The notes: generated by a model not told the origin, from the sequence alone. A DNA stretch of 32,000 nucleotides from Prochlorococcus sp. MIT 0801 (GCF_000757865.1 NZ_CP007754.1:1020001-1052000), one strand, 5' to 3'; positions 6,024 through 14,013 are shown, counted from the first letter of the stretch. Made by a program: numbers and translations.

Positions 6024-6512
6024 ATGGATCTTCCTTCTCTAGACAAACTTAAAGAATTAGAAAAGAGCGCAAGAATAGAAGGGAGTGGAATTGAATTTGA
6101 CTCTCTATTAGGACTATGGAAATTTAATTCAGTATGGAAACAGGGATCAGATACAGAAGACTCAATTTCAAGCACTTTGCTACAGGTTCTTTCAGCGAGC
6201 CTAGAGTTGAAGAAGGATACACAGAATCCAGAAGAAGAGAAATTTACTATTGCCAACGCAATTAGATTTGGATTACTAACTCTGAGATTTAGTGGGTACG
6301 CAAATTTAGAAAGAAAGCAGCCATTATTACCATTTACTTTCGATTGCATTCAAATAAAAGTAGCTTCATTGACTATCTTAAAGAGATCTTTACCGACACC
6401 GGATCATAAGAAGAGACCATTTTTCGCACTAATAGCGATCGATCCAAAAGGTAAATGGTTGTCAGCAAGAGGTAAGGGCGGAGGACTTGCTCTATGGATA
6501 CAAGATAAATAA
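6024..6512 (+). CDS. hypothetical protein, possibly a short fibrillin/lipocalin-like protein (162 aa)
   Basis: ORF track. GLWKFNSVW and the C-terminal SARGKGGGLALW weakly resemble the PAP-fibrillin pattern of ORF 14014..14775. The antisense ORF 6002..6349 is Ser/Leu/Phe-rich. Confidence 0.72.
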   Translation: MDLPSLDKLKELEKSARIEGSGIEFDSLLGLWKFNSVWKQGSDTEDSISSTLLQVLSASLELKKDTQNPEEEKFTIANAIRFGLLTLRFSGYANLERKQPLLPFTFDCIQIKVASLTILKRSLPTPDHKKRPFFALIAIDPKGKWLSARGKGGGLALWIQDK

Positions 6513-6630
6513 ACAAAAAACATATTATCCAAGGTTATTGAATAATATGTTTTCAGAATAATTTTTCAAAAAGGGGAGATCCCTAGCTAAATATTAGCAA
6601 TTTGAAGAAAGTCAGTTAAACGTAACGACA

Positions 6631-6828
6631 TTAAACTATGACTTTATTTCTGAGTGAAATCCTATCAATGGAATTTGGATGCTCACGAACAAATTTGTTG
6701 AACTCAATTGCTAGTTGCCTAGCTTCAAAAGCATCGATAGCATAAAATCCTAACTCATGTCTGTTATTAGCTAAATCTCGGTAGCTAACTGCATATCGTT
6801 TGCAGGACGTAATTGGTCTTGAAGGCAT
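6631..6828 (-). CDS. hypothetical small protein (65 aa)
   Basis: ORF track. Balanced composition: MPSRPITSCKRYAVSYRDLANNRHELGFYAIDAFEARQLAIEFNKFVREHPNS. Its leader shares a motif with the leader of 422..709. Confidence 0.62.
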   Translation of the reverse strand: MPSRPITSCKRYAVSYRDLANNRHELGFYAIDAFEARQLAIEFNKFVREHPNSIDRISLRNKVIV

Positions 6829-7577
6829 TTTTCCTTAAACTCTGTGCCACAATCCTAGAAATAAGTAAATGGGGCCGAAAGAAATCTACCGAACAATTTT
6901 TGCATAGGTAACCGAATCTAAATCAGTTAAAGATTTTGATTTATTAGATCTTAATGAATATCCGAAGAAAATTCTTAATGAATATAAGTACAAGAAAATG
7001 TAACTTAAACTACTTTTTTATATACTTTAAATTAATTTTAAAAGACTCAAAAAGAACGAAGCCCTAAAAAGTCAATTATTAGAAAAACTAATTACATAAA
7101 TAATTTTTCCTAACTAGATTTGGTATTTCTCCCTACATACAATCAATAAGTAAATAGGTAACTTTAGAAAAATTATTTTAGTTTAATTAAATTCATGACT
7201 TTAGATACTTATAAAGCCATTGTAAAAGCATCAGAGCAAGGGAATTTATGGGGACTTAAGCGTACTGATTACTAACTATGTTTAAATTCACCAAATTTAA
7301 GTTTATTCAGCTACTTATATTGTGGAATCTCCCGATTCTAATTTTGTTTATTGGAATAATATCTATTCCCATAGAGATATCTAATTCAACATCAATTTTT
7401 TAAAAAAGAAATATCACTACTTAAAAAGCAAAAAGTTACTTTTAAGTATAGCTTAATCAATAAGGGTAATCATGAAATTTAAATAGCTAAAGCTATTAAT
7501 AGACTTGAATGGTTGATAATAATCAAAGTCTGGAAAAAGTATCTGGTTATACCTGAAGTACGGGGCAAGTATTCTTA

Positions 7578-7889
7578 TTAAGCAGCTTTAAACTGCACAT
7601 TGCTGTTGTCAGTCCAAGTCCAAGCAGACTTCTCCATTGTAGATAGATCAACTCTGTGGCTCGCCATCCAGTCACCATTTGCTTCAACAAATTTCTCAAT
7701 GTTTCCCTCTGGGTGCTGATGGATAACAATGATTTTTTGAGGATCATCATCACTGCAGCCTCTGTACAAAGGCTGAATATTAAACTCTCTATGCCTTCTG
7801 GTAGCTTCTTCGCTGTCGAAAATTGCAGCCCACTCATCAAAGGTGCTTTCAACCTTAAAAGTAAAAACTGAAGTGACAGTAGAAGACAT
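7578..7889 (-). CDS. conserved hypothetical small soluble protein (103 aa)
   Basis: ORF track. Protein-like sequence: FTFKVESTFDEWAAIFDSEEATRRHREFNIQPLYRGCSDDDPQKIIVIHQHPEGNIEKFVEANGDWM. The two other overlapping ORFs have a junk-like composition. Confidence 0.8.
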   Translation of the reverse strand: MSSTVTSVFTFKVESTFDEWAAIFDSEEATRRHREFNIQPLYRGCSDDDPQKIIVIHQHPEGNIEKFVEANGDWMASHRVDLSTMEKSAWTWTDNSNVQFKAA

Positions 7890-7993
7890 CGATGATTTTT
7901 AATATGAGTAAACAATACCCAAACAAAACAAAACTGACTAATAGTTGTGGTAAAAACTAGATATAAAAGCAAAAGTTCTGCTAGAAATAGCTA

Positions 7994-8215
7994 ATGCAGA
8001 TACCAAGAAAAATCCTCAAACGAATCATCAACTTGATTGTTGTTCTAATCGTTGCAATTGTTGGGTTCATCAAAGTAAAACACCCATTTAGCTATTTAGT
8101 TGGAGTCCCTGTTGCTAGTTGGGTCGTTTATCTTTTATGCAACGCAATGTGCACAGATATTCTTTTTGGAGAAACATTAGGCTGTTCAGAAAAAAGTATT
8201 TACAAGGAGAAATAA
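7994..8215 (+). CDS. hypothetical two-TM membrane protein (73 aa)
   Basis: ORF track. Two hydrophobic segments: LIVVLIVAIVGFI and VGVPVASWVVYLLCNAM. Confidence 0.55.
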   Translation: MQIPRKILKRIINLIVVLIVAIVGFIKVKHPFSYLVGVPVASWVVYLLCNAMCTDILFGETLGCSEKSIYKEK

Positions 8216-8374
8216 GCTAGCTTATAAATTAAAAAATTCTCAACCAGAGAATAAACCTTTATATCCAGATCATTGGTAGTACTTACAAAGATAAACCTAA
8301 GTTAAAATAAAGAAATAAATCAATAAAACTACTATTAACTTCATAGCAAGACTAATGTTATTCGCTTTACTCAG

Positions 8375-9292
8375 TTGGAAATAATCCTTCTTTTATCTGA
8401 ATTAATACCATGTCTTTTAATAGGCTATTTACTCGGGCGATTTAAAGAAAATTTATCTCTAACGATTTCTCGTCCACTAATTAGCTATGGAATTCCTATC
8501 AGCTTGATGGGGATATTACTTAAGTCTAGACTAGAATTGCCCTTAATAGAATCTGCTGCATTAGCATTGGTAGCTATTGGCTTTTTAATGACTATATTAA
8601 ATCGCCTTCCTAGTGTAAATAACCTTATACAAAACAGAACGCTTCAATTAGGGAGCGCATTTGGAAATACAGGGTATTTTGGAATACCAGTTTCACTAGC
8701 ACTGCTTCCCGATCATGCTTTGATTTACAGCATTGGATTTGACCTCGGTGCGACATTAGTGATTTGGAGTCTCGGACCAATACTGTTAACAGATCCTTCA
8801 AAAGTTTTAAGTTCTAATAGATATTGGAAGAATTTCATAAAAGGAATATTTAGCAGTCCTGCTGTTAAGGGATTAATTGGCGCGTTAATTATTCATTCAT
8901 CTCCATGGGATGAACAAATAACAGACTTACTATGGATTCCATCAAGAGTTGTAATTGTTCTAGCACTGGTAATTGTTGGAATGCGTCTAAGTTGGCTAAG
9001 GAAAGCCAATCTTTCAAGAATAAAAAACCAAATAACATCGCTAAAAAATGCATTAATCATGAAACTGGTTGGATTGCCAGTCATTATGTTGATCATTTCC
9101 TCAGCAATAAGATTACCCAGCGTCATGCGAGAGGCCTTAGTACTGCAAGCAGCTGCGCCAACAGCAATATCTATCTTATTAATCTCCCAAGCAGCCTCAA
9201 GAGATGAAAAGGAAGCAACCTCTCTTGTTGTTTTTAGTACGATCATCGCACTCATATCAATTCCAGCTTGGCTGTTGATTTTAAGATTGTAA
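8375..9292 (+). CDS. AEC (auxin efflux carrier) family permease (305 aa, TTG start)
   Basis: ORF track. It is a polytopic membrane protein with an N-terminus LLSELIPCLLIGYLLGRF and a GNTGYFGIPV segment typical of AEC/membrane transport family proteins. Confidence 0.78.
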   Translation: MEIILLLSELIPCLLIGYLLGRFKENLSLTISRPLISYGIPISLMGILLKSRLELPLIESAALALVAIGFLMTILNRLPSVNNLIQNRTLQLGSAFGNTGYFGIPVSLALLPDHALIYSIGFDLGATLVIWSLGPILLTDPSKVLSSNRYWKNFIKGIFSSPAVKGLIGALIIHSSPWDEQITDLLWIPSRVVIVLALVIVGMRLSWLRKANLSRIKNQITSLKNALIMKLVGLPVIMLIISSAIRLPSVMREALVLQAAAPTAISILLISQAASRDEKEATSLVVFSTIIALISIPAWLLILRL

Positions 9293-9355
9293 AAAGTTAA
9301 CAACTATCGCCTTTTAACTCAGTCGGTCTAAGTTATAAGAAATACATTTTTTTTA

Positions 9356-9556
9356 ATGACCTCAGCTACAGCAACAAAGGCAACAACAAAAAGAGCAGCG
9401 GCAGTAAAATCATCAGCAGTAAAGTCTCAATCAATTTATTCATCAACTCAATCTAGATTTGCCAGTTCAAAGTTAATACAAAACCTAGGTTCATCTAATA
9501 ATGGGGTTCAATTCGATTTTTCAAGTGACTTAAGAACTGCATTTGGAAGGGACTAA
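9356..9556 (+). CDS. hypothetical Ser/Ala/Thr-rich protein (66 aa)
   Basis: ORF track. First gene of a same-strand array of small ORFs. Confidence 0.45.
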   Translation: MTSATATKATTKRAAAVKSSAVKSQSIYSSTQSRFASSKLIQNLGSSNNGVQFDFSSDLRTAFGRD

Positions 9557-9562
9557 AAGAAC

Positions 9563-9658
9563 ATGGACCTCTTAAAAACACTTTTTACAGTCGTCATATG
9601 CCTTGGTATTGGATGGGCAATCTCTAAGGGGATCATGTTTGGTTTAACTCATATTTAA
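9563..9658 (+). CDS. tiny TM peptide (31 aa)
   Basis: Hand translation MDLLKTLFTVVICLGIGWAISKGIMFGLTHI. It starts 6 nt after the stop of 9356..9556. Confidence 0.4.
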   Translation: MDLLKTLFTVVICLGIGWAISKGIMFGLTHI

Positions 9659-9814
9659 AGTGCCTGACGAAGGCATTCCACAAATGACGAACTAGAAGTG
9701 ATCGACAGTGCTTGGATATAAGTCAAAGCCGCATAAAAAAAGAACAAACAACACCAACTGAAAATATATTTCAAAGATGCATAACGTAATAGCAGACCAT
9801 GACTAAGGAAATTA

Positions 9815-10006
9815 ATGGCTAATGATTGGGAACCAAAAGAAGAACACCAAGCTATTATTGCAAGGAGTCTAGAATTTATTTTTGATGAATTAGCTGAGTT
9901 ACAAGAGGCTTTACACTGTCCAAATTCATTTATTGTTGAAATAGCCAATAAAGTAATATCAGAATATAAAACAAATCAAATCACCATTAGAAGAGATGAA
10001 GAATAA
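9815..10006 (+). CDS. hypothetical acidic helical protein (63 aa)
   Basis: ORF track: MANDWEPKEEHQAIIARSLEFIFDELAELQEALHCPNSFIVEIANKVISEYK. The antisense ORF 9655..9948 is Ser/Cys/Leu-rich. Confidence 0.6.
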   Translation: MANDWEPKEEHQAIIARSLEFIFDELAELQEALHCPNSFIVEIANKVISEYKTNQITIRRDEE

Positions 10007-10126
10007 ATGGAATTTCTACAATCACATGACTTAAACCAATGGGGTCTTTGGACTCCACTTATTGGAGGTATTCTTCTTTACGTTGGTTTAAATATTAGAA
10101 TCACTGAAGTTGATCCTAATGAGTAA
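10007..10126 (+). CDS. tiny TM peptide (39 aa), abutting the previous stop
   Basis: ATG 10007 immediately follows TAA 10004-10006. Hand translation: MEFLQSHDLNQWGLWTPLIGGILLYVGLNIRITEVDPNE. Confidence 0.45.
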   Translation: MEFLQSHDLNQWGLWTPLIGGILLYVGLNIRITEVDPNE

Positions 10127-10191
10127 TAAAAACATGACAAATGAACTTGACTATAGAAAAACGTTAAATTTATAAAAAATTGTAGTTGGGG

Positions 10192-10383
10192 ATGAAGCAA
10201 GGAACTATTGAACTAATTCTTTTTGGACTAATTTTCTTGAGTCTTCAATTTTGGTGGATAAGGATGACCATTAAAAATGGTCGAACTGGAGAAGTAGATA
10301 AATGGGGGCAAAAAACAAGTTCCAAAAAACTAAATGAATTAGAGAAAGCCAAGCAAGATTTAGAAAAACTTTTTCGATCTTAA
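10192..10383 (+). CDS. small single-TM protein, WW[VI]R family (63 aa from ATG 10192; the ORF track starts at TTG 10186)
   Basis: The TM helix LILFGLIFLSLQF is followed by WWIRMTIKNG and a charged tail. It resembles the peptide at 164..298. Confidence 0.6.
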   Translation: MKQGTIELILFGLIFLSLQFWWIRMTIKNGRTGEVDKWGQKTSSKKLNELEKAKQDLEKLFRS

Positions 10384-10413
10384 TTTTCAAGATCAATAAC
10401 AACTTTTCAATTA

Positions 10414-10716
10414 ATGAACTATCAAATTCTGCTCGAAAGCTATGCGTTTGGTGAAGCTATTAGTAAAGACGAGTTATCATTGCTGGAATTAGAACTTGAT
10501 TCTCAACTGGAATCTATTAAATTTTCTCGCACTCAGGGTTGCACTGAAAAAGCTCCTAAACACATTTGCGTAGTTGCTCAAGTATGTGAAGGTAGTAGTT
10601 GGATCACATGCTTGGCCTCAATATTAGATAAGTCTAATCCACTCTCTCTAGGTAAGAAATCAAGAGGAGCAAAAGTCATTGATGCACTTCTACATAACAA
10701 TTATTTAATGAATTAA
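10414..10716 (+). CDS. hypothetical protein, 'C[IL]ASILD' family, copy 2 (100 aa)
   Basis: ORF track. Paralog of 1590..1865 (shared ITCLASILD/ISCIASILD, KF, IC and the KK..R..KV..AL pattern). Confidence 0.7.
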   Translation: MNYQILLESYAFGEAISKDELSLLELELDSQLESIKFSRTQGCTEKAPKHICVVAQVCEGSSWITCLASILDKSNPLSLGKKSRGAKVIDALLHNNYLMN

Positions 10717-10775
10717 ACTAAGAGCAGCAATTTTTAATCCATTTTTATCACTCAAATTATTATCAAAAGAATCGA

Positions 10776-10988
10776 ATGAACAATGATGAAAGCCGTGAAG
10801 AGAGAAAAAAACGTTTTAGGAGTCTTTCAAGTGAAGAAAGAAAAAAATTGATTAGGAAGAAATTAGAACTACAAGGTTTAACAGAGGGAAGCGGTGTGAG
10901 AGAAGAGGATCAATCATCTTATGACAAGGAAGAAATGATAGATTTAATCCTATTAACAAGATGTTTTCAAAAGAATAAATTTCAATAA
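10776..10988 (+). CDS. hypothetical highly charged protein (70 aa)
   Basis: ORF track: REERKKRFRSLSSEERKKLIRKKLELQG. Confidence 0.5.
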   Translation: MNNDESREERKKRFRSLSSEERKKLIRKKLELQGLTEGSGVREEDQSSYDKEEMIDLILLTRCFQKNKFQ

Positions 10989-11039
10989 CTCATCCGAGCA
11001 AAATTTGTTTTAAGAAGTTAGTTCCTGCAAAATGGATAT

Positions 11040-11243
11040 ATGGATAAACCTATTAAAAAAAAGAAAATTACCTTTGGAAGGTTTGCAGTACGTACTCTTG
11101 CTATTTCTGCAAGTACTCTAGCGCTATTTGATTTTCTAAAAGGAGAATATCAAGCTGGATGGCTTCTAGCACTTGGATGGTTAACAATCGTGATCGGGGA
11201 GAACAGGATGTTTAATGGTGAAAAGACAAATGAAGAAACCTAA
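11040..11243 (+). CDS. hypothetical two-TM membrane protein (67 aa)
   Basis: ORF track. Hydrophobic segments are FAVRTLAISASTLALFDFL and GWLLALGWLTIVIG. Confidence 0.55.
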   Translation: MDKPIKKKKITFGRFAVRTLAISASTLALFDFLKGEYQAGWLLALGWLTIVIGENRMFNGEKTNEET

Positions 11244-11380
11244 GAGAACGATCAACTGTTAACTATCAATAAATACATCTATAAAATTCATTCAGTTTTT
11301 ACTCCCTATGCCACCATAAAAAAGAAACCAGTATATGAATCTTTCAATATTTAGACATTTTATTTCAACCAATTAGTTCT

Positions 11381-11641
11381 ATGAATGAAACCCAGAAAAA
11401 TAAAAACTTTAATTTAACTGAAATGAAGTTCAAGTTTAATGATCTATTTACTGGAATTGCTTTGCTGTTGTGTGCATTTTTATGTGCGTTTAGCCTTGCA
11501 CTAATTGCAATAAGATTAGGCCCAATAGCTAAATGGGCTAATTATCAAACTATTTGTGTAGAACAAGAAAGTTTAAAATCCCCAACAGAGTGGGCTGTAC
11601 GTAAATGTAATGGAAGGTCAAAAGTTTATCAAGTGAAGTGA
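11381..11641 (+). CDS. hypothetical N-terminally anchored protein with a Cys pair (86 aa)
   Basis: ORF track. The TM helix is GIALLLCAFLCAFSLALIAI, followed by QTICVEQ...VRKCNG. Confidence 0.6.
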   Translation: MNETQKNKNFNLTEMKFKFNDLFTGIALLLCAFLCAFSLALIAIRLGPIAKWANYQTICVEQESLKSPTEWAVRKCNGRSKVYQVK

Positions 11642-11728
11642 GAGCAATTCAATTAAAGCTGAATTAGAAGTTTTCACCAATCAGATATTCACGTTTTTCT
11701 GAACAAGCAATAACACAAAATTAATTAT

Positions 11729-12316
11729 TCAGAGCCAAAACAATAGAAATCCTGCCAAAAGTCCAGACATATGACCAAATAGACTAATTCCAGGGAGGAA
11801 TGACCAAATAATTCCAACACCTGTGAGTAAAGAAATAGATTTTAGTAATCCTGGATCTTTCTTTAATTCGCAACTGATTGAAAGAAATTTATTCTTTCCA
11901 TAAATAGTTGTCATTAAAATAAAAGCGTCGATACCAAATAAAACACCACTGAAGCCAATTGCTAGAGACATAGGATTACCTAAAACTAAAATATCTAGGC
12001 ACCAACAAATAAATGCTTGGAGAGGCATTATCAATGCAACAAAAGCCAGAAAGAAATAGTCACTTTTAAGGCCTAGTGATTTTAGAAAATATCTGGCCAC
12101 AATAATTCCAGAGACATTTGCCAATAAATGATTTAGGTCACCGTGAAAAAAATGGGACGTAATCATCCTGTATGGCTCATAAAACAAACGACCAGACCAA
12201 TAAGCAATGTAAGTCTTATCAATTATTCCTAAAAAATCTGTTGCAATGAAGCAAATAGTGCAAGCAAAAAAGGGGACAAGATATTGCCAATCATCTTTTG
12301 AAATTTTCTCAATCAT
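11729..12316 (-). CDS. rhomboid family intramembrane serine protease (195 aa)
   Basis: HFFHGDLNHLLANVSG (H..HxxxN), GFSGVLFG (GxSG catalytic Ser) and GHMSGLLAGFL (catalytic His), in a six-TM-like hydrophobic profile. Confidence 0.88.
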   Translation of the reverse strand: MIEKISKDDWQYLVPFFACTICFIATDFLGIIDKTYIAYWSGRLFYEPYRMITSHFFHGDLNHLLANVSGIIVARYFLKSLGLKSDYFFLAFVALIMPLQAFICWCLDILVLGNPMSLAIGFSGVLFGIDAFILMTTIYGKNKFLSISCELKKDPGLLKSISLLTGVGIIWSFLPGISLFGHMSGLLAGFLLFWL

Positions 12317-12488
12317 TCGAAAAAAGAGTTGCCGTTAATCCAATCGTACTTTGAGAATATGATCAACACAAAAGGGAAAAGGTTAATTCTTTAACTATGT
12401 GATTAAGCTAAAATGTTTGATTATCAAGAGCTAAATCAATAAATAAGGTTCTAAAGCCTAGGGTATAACAAAGCTATTTTAGATATAG

Positions 12489-12815
12489 ATGAACATCGAA
12501 TTAAAAAAGAAACTAAATCTGAATAGTTATGAATGGTGGAGAAACCACCGAAGATTTGTAACCCTTGGATTATTTCTAGCGTTTTTTGCTGGCTATGTCA
12601 GAGGTCCTTCAGCGAAAGACTTCAAAGTTAATGATATTTGCGGACGTCTTAGCGCTGATTTGATTACGGGGGAAGAAGCTGCAAGAGGATTAAAATTAGG
12701 GAAGCAAAGAATCGATGGACTAGAGGGAGAGAAAGCTAATATCACTAATCACTACTACCATGCCAAGTACTACTGCCAAGGCTACACAAAAGGTAATGTA
12801 GGCTTGGGATACTAA
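12489..12815 (+). CDS. hypothetical N-terminally anchored protein with a Cys pair (108 aa)
   Basis: ORF track. The TM helix is FVTLGLFLAFFAGYV, followed by NDICGRL...KYYCQGY. Confidence 0.6.
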   Translation: MNIELKKKLNLNSYEWWRNHRRFVTLGLFLAFFAGYVRGPSAKDFKVNDICGRLSADLITGEEAARGLKLGKQRIDGLEGEKANITNHYYHAKYYCQGYTKGNVGLGY

Positions 12816-12841
12816 TTAACATAATTACTAAAATAGCCAGA

Positions 12842-12860
12842 GAAAAACATTGCACTTTTC
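12842..12860 (-). terminator. 3' hairpin of H1-like copy 2 (homolog of 1929..1947)
   Basis: On the minus strand the stem is GAAAAG/TTTTTC (five Watson-Crick pairs plus one G-U), with a 7-nt loop CATTGCA (plus-strand reading) that differs at one position from the CATTGAA loop of copy 1. Two G-C pairs of copy 1 are replaced by A-T pairs. Confidence 0.5.
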
Positions 12861-12889
12861 ACGCCGCTTTGACGGATCTGGCTTTTGGA

Positions 12890-13477
12890 CTAAGCTTTGA
12901 CGGCTTTAGAACTTGCTTTCCTTGCACGCCTTGCAGGTCTTCCTGCTACAGCCTTAGATGTTACCTTTGAAACTGACTTAGCGCTTGAAGTTGCCTTTTT
13001 TGCCTGAGCAGAAGCTACATTCTTAACAGCTGTCTTAACTTTAGAAGTCTTAACTTTTGCTTTAGCAGCAGTCTTGGCTGGAGCAGGTTTACTTACTGCC
13101 TTCTTAGCAATTGCTTTTTTAGCTACCGGCTTTTTGACAGCTGTCTTTTTAGCAGAGGTTTTTGCTGAAACCTTCTTAGCTCTTGTAGTTTTACGAGTAC
13201 GGTGAGAAAGAATCAAAGCCCACTCATCAGCACTAACATTGGCAGGCTTATTACCATGGACTTCAGAAACTTTTGCAGCTTTCTCAATATCCTTAATTAA
13301 GTTTTTCCAAGAAGCTGCGTAACGTTTATCCGATTGAGATTTAGCACCACTCTCTACAAGAGTTTCAACAACTTGTGATGCTGTTACTTTTTTTCTTCTT
13401 CTGTTAAAGATTTCCTTTTGAAGAGTAGCGATCATGGCTTCGCCTTTAGCGCTCACTTTGATACTTAATTGAGACAT
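12890..13477 (-). CDS. DNA-binding-like protein: ribbon-helix-helix-like N-terminal domain plus Lys/Ala-rich histone-H1-like tail, copy 2 (195 aa)
   Basis: ORF track. MSQLSIKVSAKGEAMIATLQKEIFNRRRKKVTASQVVETLVESG has a strand-helix-helix pattern. The roughly 100-aa tail is rich in K/A/T/S/V and ends in AGRPARRARKA. Confidence 0.9.
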   Translation of the reverse strand: MSQLSIKVSAKGEAMIATLQKEIFNRRRKKVTASQVVETLVESGAKSQSDKRYAASWKNLIKDIEKAAKVSEVHGNKPANVSADEWALILSHRTRKTTRAKKVSAKTSAKKTAVKKPVAKKAIAKKAVSKPAPAKTAAKAKVKTSKVKTAVKNVASAQAKKATSSAKSVSKVTSKAVAGRPARRARKASSKAVKA

Positions 13478-13537
13478 TGAATTAAGAATTACCTATATAC
13501 AACATCTAGCACATTGTGGGTATCGAAACCGAACAAT

Positions 13538-13561
13538 CTATTTACATGTAGATGTAAATAG
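13538..13561. promoter_or_regulatory. perfect 10-bp inverted repeat upstream of H1-like copy 2 (candidate operator)
   Basis: CTATTTACAT-GTAG-ATGTAAATAG, located 61-84 nt upstream of ATG 13477. It is absent from the otherwise homologous leader of copy 1. Confidence 0.4.
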
Positions 13562-13729
13562 CATGCACATCTTGCTAATTCCTATAAAAAAAGTTCAAAA
13601 TAAGGCGTAAGATGAAAAAACAAGTCATAGTCTTATTTAAATAAAAGAAAGAAAAGTCTCACTTAAAGCAAAAATGACTATCAAGAAGGTATTAATGCTT
13701 TATTCTTTATGACAAATCGATCAATTAAC

Positions 13730-13951
13730 TTAGCTATCTATTGTAAATGTTCTTTCTAATTTTGCTTTAATTTGCTTTAAGGACGGTTCTGAGACCTTGA
13801 GAATTTTTTTATAGAAGCCAAACAGTTTAAGACAGGCCAAGGGAACAAATATTGCCAGTAGTAAGGTTTTGGTAGTAATCATATGAATGTTATAAGCCAA
13901 ATCAATTAGAAACGTACAAATATTACTTGTTAAAGCTATGTATAAAAACAA
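13730..13951 (-). CDS. hypothetical membrane protein (73 aa, TTG start; ATG at 13882 would give 50 aa)
   Basis: ORF track only. Hydrophobic, with no canonical start codon at the 5' end. Confidence 0.35.
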   Translation of the reverse strand: MFLYIALTSNICTFLIDLAYNIHMITTKTLLLAIFVPLACLKLFGFYKKILKVSEPSLKQIKAKLERTFTIDS

Positions 13952-14013
13952 AGTCTTTCGTAAATTTTAGTTAAGGTCAAGAAGTTCGAGAACGAATTAA
14001 CCAATTAAATAAA

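Noticed and set aside
6573-6584. GGG-AGAT-CCC mini-hairpin with flanking A/T runs, considered as a terminator
   Set aside because: The stem is only 3-4 bp, which is too weak to call.
6002-9948. ORFs 6002..6349 (-), 7547..7972 (-), 7656..7871 (+), 8893..9303 (-), 8932..9207 (+) and 9655..9948 (-)
   Set aside because: Each overlaps a better-supported gene (6024..6512, 7578..7889, the AEC permease, 9815..10006). They show the Ser/Leu/Cys/Phe-rich composition typical of off-frame or antisense ORFs in AT-rich DNA.
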